Shown: in pieces, positions 1 through 10,288 of the stretch
Layout: the number at the start of each line of letters is the position of its first letter
How positions within the stretch are numbered: position 1 is the first letter of the stretch
DNA from: Octopus sinensis
Taxonomy: Eukaryota
Assembly (NCBI RefSeq): GCF_006345805.1
Contig: NW_021835240.1
Location: 1-54,091, forward strand
Length of the DNA: 54,091 bases
Reading direction: 5' to 3'
Made by a program: the position numbers and the translations under genes
The notes under the pieces: model-generated
Databases searched by the model: none
What the model saw: the letters and a program-made list of their open reading frames with translations, nothing else
Told to the model about the DNA's origin: nothing

Positions 1-1958
1 CTTGTCCTCCCCGCGAATCGATGTGGTTTGGCTCGCTTGAAGATCTGATTTCCAACCCGAGGTCTTCAACCAGCGTCTTTAGAGCCAAACCATGCGCGTT
101 GGTTACCTCTGAAACCGAGCTCTTGGTGCTTGGCATTCAGGTCCCCAACGACCATCGCCTTCGGATGCTTTCCAAAGAACTCCCGTACGTGCCAAGAACA
201 CGCCGTAAAGTTCTTCGAATACATCGCCCCTAGGTAAAATGTTAATTACCTATGCGAATCCTCACTTGGAGGAATTCACATAGGCTACAAGAACATAAAC
301 CTGAGCTCCGGAGAGCAAGGTACGGCTTGTAGAAGAGGCTAGTTCCCGTGCCACATATTGACCCCTGTTTCCAGGGAGTGTGACAAACAGTTGTAGCCAT
401 CAACTACGTACGGACCCCCTTTACCTTCGTTTCGTTGACCACCAGAATGTCCGCACTCGTGGTGGCCAACATCCTCTGAACGGCGTCTCCTTTACCAGAC
501 AAGGAGCGCGCGTTCACCGATATAATGTTGAGCATCATATCGGTTCCTCACCAAGGATCTTCTTGGCCTCAGCCATGTTGCAATGTAGCATATCTGCTAC
601 ACTGCACTTCGTCGCCCTACATAATTTTAGTAGGCGCACACACAACTCCACCGCAGGACTAACACTGTCCTGGGGAGCACGCTCGCCAGGGGGGGAGTGC
701 GGTGGCATTTCCACGTATGGAGGACGCCTTTTCCCCCTAGGTTTTGCTGGGCGGTATCACCTGTAGCCCACTCGGAAGGCTTAGCACGCTTCGGCATCCG
801 AACTGACTCGGATGTTATTAGCGGCTCAGCCGACTTTGTCGGCGAAGGTGGTACCGACTCGCTCGCAATGTGGCTTGCAGGCTTCACAGGCCTTGCCACC
901 GAAGCAGTCTTGGGGTGGTTTGGACTGCTTTGCCCGCTTGCCAGGTTGTGGGCCCAGTAACTGCGACGCTAGCCGCGCGACTTACCTTCGAGATTACAGC
1001 CGCACCTACCTTTCGGGTTGCCTCCTTGAACTTGGGGCAACCTTTGAAGTTGGCAATGTGTCCCAACTACCGCAGTTGACACAGTACCTCTTCGTAGGTG
1101 GCGAGGGGCATGCCTTGCGACCATGCTCGCCACCGCAGGTCAAGCACTTCGCCTTCTCAGGAACCTCGTGCTTATGTGCCCGAAAACCCTGACACCGAAA
1201 GCATTGGGTGGCTTTCGGGCGGGGCCGGACAGCACGAAGCCTAACGTAGCCGACCCTCGTACCCAGCAGTATGAGGCGCTCGGCTTCCGCAGGAGATCCC
1301 AGCGTAACCTCCACCACTTCAAGAGGCCGATAACCTTGCTTGAAGCGTGCAATGGCAGAGGTACTGGGGTACTCCCGCTGCAGGTGCTCTAAAAGGTCGT
1401 TATCCTCAAAGTCCCGGGGGACCCCCAAGGAGGAGGACTCTTACCTGCCCTACCTGCGTTCGAACCTGACAAGCCGATGCATGCCAGGACCGAACGGGAT
1501 GGACTTTTCCAGCTCCCTTTCGAAACTGAAAAAGTCCTCAGACTTCTCCCACCCAAGCAGGAATTGGGGGGCTCCCTCTTCAGGACTCGATACCGCTTAG
1601 ACGGCTGTATCGAGTCCAAGATCCCTAAAATTTTAACGACTGAGGCCTTTCCACAGGTGGGAAAGACCTCTAGTCGTGCTACAACGCCGAAGGTAATTCT
1701 ACCCCCGGCGCGAGCGGTCTTCTTCGACGGCGGATCCATCTCCGAAGACGAATTGCGAGAACCTAAGTTGTTAGAAATTGGACGGCAAGCGACACGTTTA
1801 GGTTTCCCAACGGTACGCCAGCCGTCCTCATGGGCTACCTGAGCAGGTTCTACCACATCCCCTTCTGTTCGGGATGGCTTTGCACCCCTTTTTTCTGCTT
1901 TAAGATTGTCATTTTTGCGCATCACAGGAAAAACGACCATGCTTGCACGCTACAATTT
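1..1958 (-). mobile_element. LINE-A copy 1 (Jockey-like non-LTR retrotransposon; ORF1 gag and start of APE endonuclease; runs off the window start)
   Basis: Near-identical to 19503-21461 but with several 1-bp indels that break ORF1. Its 5' end (...TAAATTGTAGCGTGCAAGCATGG on minus) coincides with that of copy 2. Confidence 0.92.
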
Positions 1959-1959
1959 A

Positions 1960-2430
1960 TTTGAATCAGTGACCCCTGCGGAACCCCTCTTCGGAGTGAA
2001 ATATCTCTTGAGCGGAAACTAGATTCGGAGATAAATGAGTATCGTTCGGAGAGAAAGCAGAGCAGCCAGAGGTAGACTTCCGCTGTAGGCACACAGAGTT
2101 GGACCCTTTCCAGTAAGTCTCTGTGCCAGACGGTGTCGAAAGCTTTTGAAATGTCCAGACATACAAGAGATAGAGTTTTTTTGAATTCCATTGCTCTTGA
2201 AATCGTGGACTGTACCTTTATGAAACAGTCACTGCAGCTACGCCCAGAGCGAAAACCCCATTGCTGCGTTAGCAGCACTATCTTCTCTTCAGTATGGAAG
2301 TCAAGGCGCTTGGCCATGATTTTTTCCATCAGCCTTGAGATAGTTGGGATTAGGCTTATGAGACGGTAGCTGCTAGCGAGGTTCACAGGCTTCGCAGGCT
2401 TTTTGATCATCCGGATCTCTGAGATTTTCC
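1960..2430 (-). mobile_element. Non-LTR reverse transcriptase fragment
   Basis: KPAKPVNLASSYRLISL, QWGFRSGRS, CLDISKAFDTVWH and RRGVPQGS RT motifs; truncated before YADD. Confidence 0.88.
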
Positions 2431-2471
2431 ATCAAGGTCGCGCATCCTACCCAGCTACTCGAAAGAAAGTT

Positions 2472-2817
2472 TTATTTCGTAAGAAAGTTGCAAAAAAAAC
2501 TTGATAAAGAAAGATCGCAATGTGCAAGCGTTGCCTTATTTTTGTGACCAATAGTTTCTGATGAGACTTCCTTCCATGCATCAGAAATCACTAATAAAAC
2601 CTGACGTAAATTTATTTTCTTCATAGGAGTTGTATTTTTAGGTATGAAAAATAATTCTATGTTTGAGAATTCCAAATGAATATGAGGCCCAGCATTGCCC
2701 AATAGCAGAATAATTTTCCGATTTTGTGATAAAAAATATTTATTAATCATATGAAGCCAATATCTAAACATATCTTTAGTCATCCATGCATTTTTAGTCT
2801 CTAAACATAATGGAATA
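2472..2817 (-). mobile_element. pogo/Tigger-type DDE_1 transposase fragment
   Basis: KNAWMTKDMF...RKIILLLGNAGPH...IELFFIPKNTT matches the AWMT / LLLDN..H / FLP.NTT pogo motifs; catalytic D changed to G. Confidence 0.8.
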
Positions 2818-3918
2818 TGTCACAGGCGCTACCGGTTACCGAGCGCTACGGGTTACTGAATGCTCAAATTTAACATTTAAAGAATTTTTTATAAAAATTG
2901 AACCTAAATTTTTTTAGTTATTATATTTAAAAGTAATAAATATATAATTTCAATATTTTTAAAAGGCGCAGCATTTGATAATTTTTAAATAGATAATTTA
3001 CCATGCGTATTCTATAAAGTTTTCTTGATGCCTCGCTGTTTTGTCAAAACTGTACAAGAATATGATCATATAGTTAAAATATTGGAAGAGCAGGGGATCA
3101 TTGGAATATCTAAACAAAAAAAATACAGATTAACTCGAAAGTCCAAGAATTTTACTTTCATTACCGGGCGGCTATATCTTAAAGACTCACGTGGAAACCA
3201 TAAAATAGTCATTTCTGCAGACAATCATGAGGTGATGCAATTAGTGGCTACGCAAATTCATCAAATGACTCATTGCGGACATAACACGTTGGAAGAGTTT
3301 TGTAATCAGAGATATTTTTTTGTTAAACGCGAAATCATCTGGAAAGTAGTATCGGAATGTGATATATGTCGATTTGCAAAAATAGTTGATCCTGAAAACC
3401 ACATTATAGCCTCACAACCAAATGAGAGATTTCAGATAGATCTGATTGATTTCAAATGTCCGACGGAACAATGAAAAAAACCCACATGAAACGAATCAAA
3501 AAAATAAATAAAGATCAAAAATAATTAAAATTTTAGTTATAATCCATTAAAAAAGTTTTTTCAATTTCTGTGTAACGTTATATGAAAATTTTGGAGCCTT
3601 AGTGTTTAAACGTCTTACGCCTTATTCTTGAATTAAATCTGTAGTAGATACATTTAGAATTGTTTTTATGTAAGATAACAATTATTAAATCTTAATAAAT
3701 ATATTTTATTTTAATATAGTAATTTTTAAAGCAAGTTTTTGTGCATTATAATTTTAACAAATTAAAAAATATCATAAAAAAATTATAACTTCTTTTACGT
3801 GTTTGATAAAATTAAGTATATTAATTTGAAACATAAAATTTCAAGTATTTTTTCTTGATTTTTTTCTAAGTCCACTCGGGTAACCCGTAGCGCTCGGTAA
3901 TGCCCAGCGCCTGTGACA
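2818..3918 (+). mobile_element. Ginger2/TDD-like DNA transposon family G1, internally deleted
   Basis: ~39-bp imperfect TIRs starting TGTCACAGGCGCT; 5-bp direct flanks GAATA (2813-2817 and 3919-3923); ORF 3025-3474 with integrase zinc-binding H..H/C..C region and ASQPNERFQIDLIDF. Confidence 0.8.
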
Positions 3919-4525
3919 GAATATTTCTCCTTCAATGCATCATGAGAGAAACACACGACCTTCTACATGTAAATCACAACCAACCTCCTCTGCAACTCTT
4001 AATCGAGCACTACCTTCCAATATCCGATCCAATGACCTATCAGAAGATATTCTGGGGGGTTAGGAGGTGAACAAACTACAGACATTAGAAGAGCGGGACA
4101 ACAATCGTTTTCCATTGCATTGAATGTACCAGTCGATCGAGCAATCCGTTCAATTTCAGCTTCAATTGCCAGCTGAGTTTCTTTACTTTTCTCCAATGTT
4201 CGTCCAGCTTAGACTTCTGTCTTGCTAGTTCAGTAAATTCTGTTTTCTCCACATTTACATTGAGGGAACCACTCAGCAAGTCTATTTGCCATCACCTCCA
4301 GTAGGCTTTCCAGAGCGTCCCTGTCGGAGAGAAATAAAATCCACGTCATCCGCGTATGCCATCACATTGATCTTTCCTTCATAGTATGATTTTTTTCTCA
4401 ATGCAGCTTCCAGATATATGACAAACAGTATAGGAGATAACGGATCCCCTTGAGGTGTTCCAGATGTTGTTTCAAATGGTTTAGAGCACTTGTCTCGTAC
4501 CCTGACCGATAGATAGGTTTCTACA
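3919..4525 (-). mobile_element. RTE-like reverse transcriptase fragment
   Basis: TPQGDPLSPILFVIYLEAALR and AYADDV motifs, cleanest in the copy at 16565-17171 (+). Confidence 0.82.
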
Positions 4526-4539
4526 AAGTTGAATAGAAG

Positions 4540-4950
4540 GAAGAATATACGTCCAAATAATTACAACTTTGACATTGTGGTGTGCGGAGAATATTCTGTG
4601 GACCAATCTCTACTCAGAGCAGCCGTATGGGGGACACAATGTGTGTGTTTATGTATATGGACAAAGCTCGGAAAGATTACTACTTCAGTCTATTGGAAAA
4701 AATAAAAAAGCATACAAGTGAAGTGAAGAGAATCGGAGGAGAGTGTAGCCTGTTTTTCTCTGCAGTGGATTTTAATGATGGGGACATGATAGGCTTGCTT
4801 CAAAATCGCAGTCGAATCTCTAAAGAGGGTGTGTCTACTCTATGTTTGGATGAGGATGTCCTTATCTCGAGTTTGGAGAGAAGAGGTTCGGAGTTCACCG
4901 TGTCTTTCAAATCACGATATTTAATAAGAAGGCAGGTTTCTGATTTTTAA
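4540..4950 (+). pseudogene. Degenerate kinesin motor-domain fragment (kinesin-14/Kar3-like)
   Basis: Across frameshifts reads YNFDIV...SLLRAAVWGHNVCVYVYGQSS/GKITT...FSAVDFNDGDMIGLL, resembling F.FD.V, GYNVCIFAYGQTGSGKT and SFLEIYNE.I.DLL. Other copies at 16146-16559, 22797-23210 and 25751-26164. Confidence 0.45.
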
Positions 4951-4957
4951 ATTTCAT

Positions 4958-5400
4958 GTGTTTGCCAAAAGACCAAATGAACGATTCCAAGTAGATCTTA
5001 TAGACGTTAAAAAATTTAACGATTCAAATGATAGCTACAAATGGATATTTAAAGTCATTGATGTTTACAGTAAGTATGTCATCTGTAAAGAAGTTAAAAA
5101 TAAATCTGCAATAGGTATATTTAAATCTGACATTGGTATTTAGATATTTGTGAAACCTTTGAGAAAATTTGTTTTGAAATCGGTCTTTGTGAGATTCTAC
5201 AAACAGATAATGGAACGGAGTTTAAGAATAATTATTTTGATTCTTTCTGCCTTAAAAACAAAATCAAACATATTTATGAAAGACGAAATCATCCTCAATC
5301 ACAAGTAATGATACAATATTTATTTGTTTCAGGGTATCGTGGAACAAAATCCCGTCCTTAAAGTAATGTATACTTACTTTTTACTCAATTTAGTTTTTGA
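4958..5400 (+). mobile_element. Ginger-like rve integrase core with micro-introns
   Basis: Removing GT-AG introns 5115-5143 (29 nt) and 5305-5332 (28 nt) gives PNERFQVDLID...VIDVYSKY...LQTDNGTEF...HPQSQGIVE in one frame (D,D,E triad). Confidence 0.82.
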
Positions 5401-5419
5401 CACAGAATAAAAATATGCC

Positions 5420-5760
5420 AACTATTAATAGATTCGGTGGTGGTTTACAGTGAGTGAGTAGAAGTAACGAATACGACCTACTTGCAAACGAACTGTCGGT
5501 TTTCTATGAAGCAAAAGTGAAGATTATTCGAATTGTCTTGACATGGGATGGAGTTGTCTCAAAGTTCTTTAAAAGTCATATGAACAAGTTATCCATTGAA
5601 GAAGGAACGAGGACATACATCACAGTTGTGATGAAAAGGACGCTAGAGAGTATGCTTATCGGGCACAGACATGTGATGAAGGTAGACAACGAGGAGTACG
5701 CCTCTGCCGCCAATCAACTTACGGAGGTGACATCTCGTGAGGACACTCAGCTGAATAAAA
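5420..5760 (+). mobile_element. C-terminal restriction-like endonuclease fragment of an RLE-type non-LTR element
   Basis: EYDLLANEL...IVLTWDGVV...KRTLES, the K..KY..L / IP.V...G.V region of RLE domains; repeated at 15308-15634 and 26675-26950. Confidence 0.7.
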
Positions 5761-7112
5761 TTATTCCGCCGAGTCGAGGGCCCTCCGTATGATGTCATTC
5801 ATGGCAGAGTGCCTCGGGAAACGTCCGGCACTCCTCCTGCACGATAAAGGGTTCAGACCGAAAGGGTCAACAGTGCAGCCACAGCGGCACGTGTGCGGGA
5901 CACATTGCCTTAGTCCGAGTCGCAGAGAGACTCCGATCCTTACCGCTTCATCGTCAAGGAGAGTGCCAGATGGGGCGTTCAGGAATGCACAAAGCCAAGC
6001 TCCGCTAGCCGAGGATGCTGCCAACAGAAGGCAAGCGCGGCGGTGCTGGTTGGACGACTCGAGCAGCAGATTGAAAGTTTGCTTGCATCTAATTCGATCC
6101 CAGGCTCGTTGAGACATTCGATCTTCCGGAAAGTCAAGACCTTGTTCTCTCCAGACTTCGCTGAAATGAGCCACATTTGTGTCCAAGGAAAATTCAGAAA
6201 AGGAGCGTAGAATTTCCATGACAAGTGTGTGGCTCGCGGAGACGGAAGAGAGGTAAGCAGGTAACGATAGGTCGGAACATGAGCGGATGCCGAGCCCTCC
6301 AAAAGATAACGGGAGGGTTGCCTGTCTCCAACCCATGTCGTCGAAAGGGGAATTGCATACGTTCTGAGTGCAAGTGCGGATAAGAGGGTCAATGGCTGAA
6401 AGCCTCTCTGGAAAATCAAAAACACGGAGAAGAGCGAAGCAAATAGGAGAGCTTTTGGATGAAAAGCAATTCCGTAGGAGGAATAATGCAGTGTGCGAGT
6501 CCAGCTGTCTGATACGATCAAAAGCTTCCTCGAGGAAAAATTCTTTTTTACGTAGGGCCACATCGATAGAGTTGCCAGCTACCGGGGCTCCGAGGATAAA
6601 AAGTTCGTCAATGGGAGTAGATTGAACTCCCGGGATAAGATCGCAGAAAGCGGAAACAGCGTCTTCGAAAATAGATTGCGAGCATCCGAGGTTGGTAATT
6701 TCACATTTGGAGGAATTTAAAATGAGGCCGATTTTCTCCAGAGCCGGGATGATTTTAATTATGTCCTGCAAGACGATGTCCGGAGGGCCACCGAGAGTGG
6801 CGTCGTCGAGATACCAGAGGTTTAATGGAGAAGATAGAAGCTTGGTCATCTCGGAGATTCCAAGACAGAAAAGGAGTGGCCCCAGAGGGTCTCCCTGTTG
6901 TCTCCCGAAGCAGACGGGATAGTGTCGGAATCAAAGATAAGGGAAGATGGTTGGCCATATGATTGGAAAGCGAGCCCAAATAAGGAAGGACAATACTCAG
7001 AGCAGGCCTCTAAGACTCTGTCCCGTCGGATACTGTTGAATGCATTTCTGATGTCAAGCTTGATAAGAATGTTTGGACATTGTGATTTCCTGCACGCTTC
7101 TGTGAACGTGAA
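5761..7112 (-). mobile_element. CRE-clade-like non-LTR retrotransposon fragment (RT and zinc knuckle)
   Basis: VKLDIRNAFNS, frameshifted QQGDPLGPLLF, WYLDDATL, ATLPLSFGGLGIR, SGAWL, C.C...H/NPLSC and RHSAMNDII motifs; truncated before the RLE. Confidence 0.85.
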
Positions 7113-7809
7113 ATAGTAAAATTATTTACAACATTAGTAAATTATAATGTGAATTATTTTTATTTTTGATAATATAAATTGCAACATAATTCAACCGGTC
7201 ACATTAATTAATAGATATTTAATAGTTATTTTTTTTACTACAATGAACGCCCATCTTCCTATTCATCCTCTTTAGTATTGATCATCACCACCGATCGTTT
7301 GTATTTCAAAATTAAATGATGTTTCTGCTGACGATTCTTCAGGTTGCTTAAAATGTCCCGCCTTCTACAGAGTCAATGATCAAGATTCGACAGTACAAAG
7401 GAATTACTAATTTTTCAATTTTGCCTTTCAAATAAAATCTTTAATTATCATTTATTTGACAAAATTGAAAACTTTTTTGGCCAACCGCGTTTGCTTCGAG
7501 CATTCATATCCTCCGGGAATATCCCGATTAACGCTTCCTTAATTTGAATGTATTCGTTAATGTTTCTGACGTAACCCTTAAACCCAGACATCACAAAGTG
7601 TGAGTAACCACGCTGTTAAAATTAATATACTTTTGGGTAAGCCATTTTTAAAAGATAATTCAAATGTAATTTTAAATTAAAATAATTGATTAATCTACAC
7701 TCTTCCATATATAAATTGCTATATTCAATATTTAATACCTTTTCTGCGGTTTCCATAGAAACACGTAAAAGGACTGGCTGCCCATAGCGACATAGTCGCC
7801 CATGTGACA
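7113..7809 (-). mobile_element. Ginger-like family G2, one end plus integrase N-terminus (partial)
   Basis: Ends ...CCCATGTGACA at 7809; homologous to parts of 36768-37667; MMSGFKGYVRNINEY-type N-terminus. Confidence 0.75.
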
Positions 7810-8084
7810 TATTATCTCTCACATGTTTCCTGGTGTGACAAAAAAGTTGTCTTTTATTTGAAAATGTGGCATCACATTGATTGAAGTTACATTTCAAACT
7901 CAAATTTGAATGAAATCTTTTTTTGTGTCGAGATAAGGTTTGTTTAGACACAAAAGTGGCATTACAATCATCGAATGGACAACTTTAAATTCTAAAAATG
8001 CTAATAAACTTTAATTTTGTTGTTTCTTATTGTTTGGTGGGATGACTGATGGATTGATGTCTTAATAAATGTTGTTTGCGTGTA
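7810..8084 (-). pseudogene. GTF3A: 3' half of a TFIIIA-like C2H2 zinc-finger gene (end of finger 2, fingers 3-4)
   Basis: TRKQHLLRHQSISH, 27-nt intron 7983-8009, CPFDDCNATFVSKQTLSRHKKRFH and CNFNQCDATFSNKRQLFCHTRKH; in-frame TAA at 8027-8029; cut by Ginger G2 after finger 4. Confidence 0.68.
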
Positions 8085-9304
8085 CACTCCTCGACATTAA
8101 AATCCGGACAATTAATAAATCGTCATTTTTATTATTAAATTTAGAAAAAAAAACCTTTGAGCATAATATTCTTTTCTATATTAAAAAAGATATATTTACA
8201 AAAGTTTTATAAAACGATATTTAAAAGCATAAAATGTGTTTTCAGCGGAGTAAAATTCTGGACACTTTTGCTATTATAATTAAAAGAGCTAATTTTTTAA
8301 AATATTTTAGAAGAAATTAATGGATTCTTTTTGTAAAAGACAAATTATTTCTTATTACCAGCAAAATTTTTCTTATAGGAGAATTTCTGATATCCTCGGA
8401 GTTCCGAAATCAACCGTTTTCGATGTTGTTCGAAAATACATAAACTCAGGAACCATTTATAGAAAAAGTGGGTCTGGAAGACCAACATTACTCAATACAA
8501 ACGAAATCAAAATATTAGTGGAACTTTCTGAAGCCAATAGTGAAAAAATCTGCTAAAGACCTCGATCTAGAAATGAAAACCATCACTAAAAAGTAATTTC
8601 CCCACTAACAATTACCCGGAATTTAAACAAGAATGTTTTATTTGGAAGAGTAGCAAAAAAAACCATTGTTAAGTAAAAAAACACTCAAAAGATATGAAAT
8701 ATCGAAAATATTCGTTGGTATGTATGATGAAGGATGGAGATATATCATTTTTTCAGACGAGTGTACTTTATTATGCACCAGAAAAAAAATAATATACCGA
8801 AAAAGGGGAAATGAATTCAAAAATTCAAATTATCACCCAACTGTTAAGTGTGGTGACGGCAAAATTATGGTCTGGAGATGCTTTTCATATTTTGGAATGG
8901 GTTCGTTATGTTTCATCGATGAAAATATAAACATTCTTGCTAACAATCTGGAAAAATCAGCCATTAAAATGGAATTAAACACCTTCATATTCCAGCAAGA
9001 CAATGCCCCATGTCATACTTCGAAAGCAACAAAGGAGTATTTTTCTGGAAACAAAATTAATTTACTCGATTGGCCGGCACAATTCCCATTGAACATATTT
9101 GATCAAAAATTAAATATAAATTCTCGAGGGATGATACAGAAAATTGACCAAAAAATAAACATCAACAAAAGGATAAAATATTAGAAATTTGGAATAAAAT
9201 TCCAATTGATTTTATTCGAAAATTAATAAATTCGATGAAAACTCGTAGTTTAGAGTTATATAAATCGAGAGGAAAGCATATTCCTTACTGATATTTTATT
9301 TTTT
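8085..9304 (+). mobile_element. Tc1-family transposon (left TIR plus frameshifted transposase)
   Basis: TA at 8083-8084, then TIR CACTCCTCGACATTAAAATCCGGACA; HTH, GSGRP, IIFSDE, FQQDNAPCH and DWPAQ motifs; ends KSRGKHIPY*. Confidence 0.9.
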
Positions 9305-9442
9305 AATTACATTTTTAATAAAATAAATTACATATAAATATATTTTTATGTATAATATAATATTCCTTACTGATATTTTATTTTTTAATTACATTTTTAA
9401 TAAAATAAATTATATATAAATATATTTTTATGTATAATATAA
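9278..9442 (+). repeat. Tandem duplication of an ~82-bp AT-rich unit
   Basis: ATATTCCTTACTGATATTTTATT... starts at 9278 and again at 9360; the unit straddles the Tc1 breakpoint at 9304. Confidence 0.9.
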
Positions 9443-9523
9443 TGGCCAATTAATCGGTATCGGTGAAATTGGCCGATAATCGGTAATCGGCAAAATCCAA
9501 AAATGGTTATCGGTGCATCACTA
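9443..9523 (-). mobile_element. Isolated hAT-like transposon end
   Basis: Reads TAGTGATGCACCGATA on minus with repeated CCGAT(T/A)A subterminal motifs; no partner end found. Confidence 0.5.
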
Positions 9524-9878
9524 ATAGTAGGTTTTCAGGACTTATGAATAACATATTTCTTGATCTGAGATCAATTTGTATTATGTTTGAGGCATTTGAA
9601 AGAGCACTTTACCCAGAAATGATAAAAATTGTCGGTCTTTTGGTATTTTGTGTAAATTAGGTGATTTGGGTAGTCTCAGATGAGAAACTTTGGTAAACTT
9701 GGTGGGGGTATTTTTTATTTTGGGAGGTCATAATCTCCATGTGTGCTATCAAATATAAAGGCTAGACGATAGCCGATCCAAATTTATTCATTTATAATAT
9801 CGTTTTCAATATTATAGGTAATACAAACAATTATTTATTAAATTAAAAATATTAATAATTTAAAAAAACAATAATAAA

Positions 9879-10040
9879 ATGCATCCTTGCAAGTTTAAAT
9901 CATGTGACAAGTCATTTACTCGTCTATACAAATTAGAAACACACATTCGAACACATTTAGACGAAGTAATCACTAATCATAACAAAAATATTAATAGAGA
10001 CCACAAATCTGCAAAATTGACTGGTGTAACAAAGCATATA
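9879..10040 (+). pseudogene. GTF3A: 5' half of a TFIIIA-like C2H2 zinc-finger gene (finger 1, start of finger 2)
   Basis: MHPCKFKSCDKSFTRLYKLETHIRTHLDE, 32-nt GT-AG intron 9966-9997, then RPQICKIDWCNKAY; stops at TA 10039-10040 followed by a Tc1 TIR. Confidence 0.7.
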
Positions 10041-10288
10041 CACCCCTCGACATTAAAATCCGGACAGTTAATAAATCGTCATTTTTATTATCAATTTTAT
10101 TAAATTAAAAACTTAAGCATGCTAATATCATCTATATTTTTTAATTTTATAATATTTATCCATAAATCTTTTTAAAATATTGAGAATAAAGCAAAAACCG
10201 ATTTTTTAAGACAAAAAATTTCGGACAAATGTCAAAAAATAAAATATCAGTAAGGAATATGCTTTCCTCTCGATTTATATAACTCTAA
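10041..10288 (-). mobile_element. Right end of the same Tc1 element (right TIR plus transposase C-terminus)
   Basis: CACCCCTCGACATTAAAATCCGGACAG matches the 8085 TIR; 10234-10288 is the reverse complement of 9250-9304. Confidence 0.88.

Noticed and set aside
8027-8029. In-frame TAA in the zinc-finger gene as evidence for a TAA=Gln code
   Set aside because: CPT1 and RPS28 end at TAA at the expected positions, so the standard code holds; decay or sequence error is more likely.
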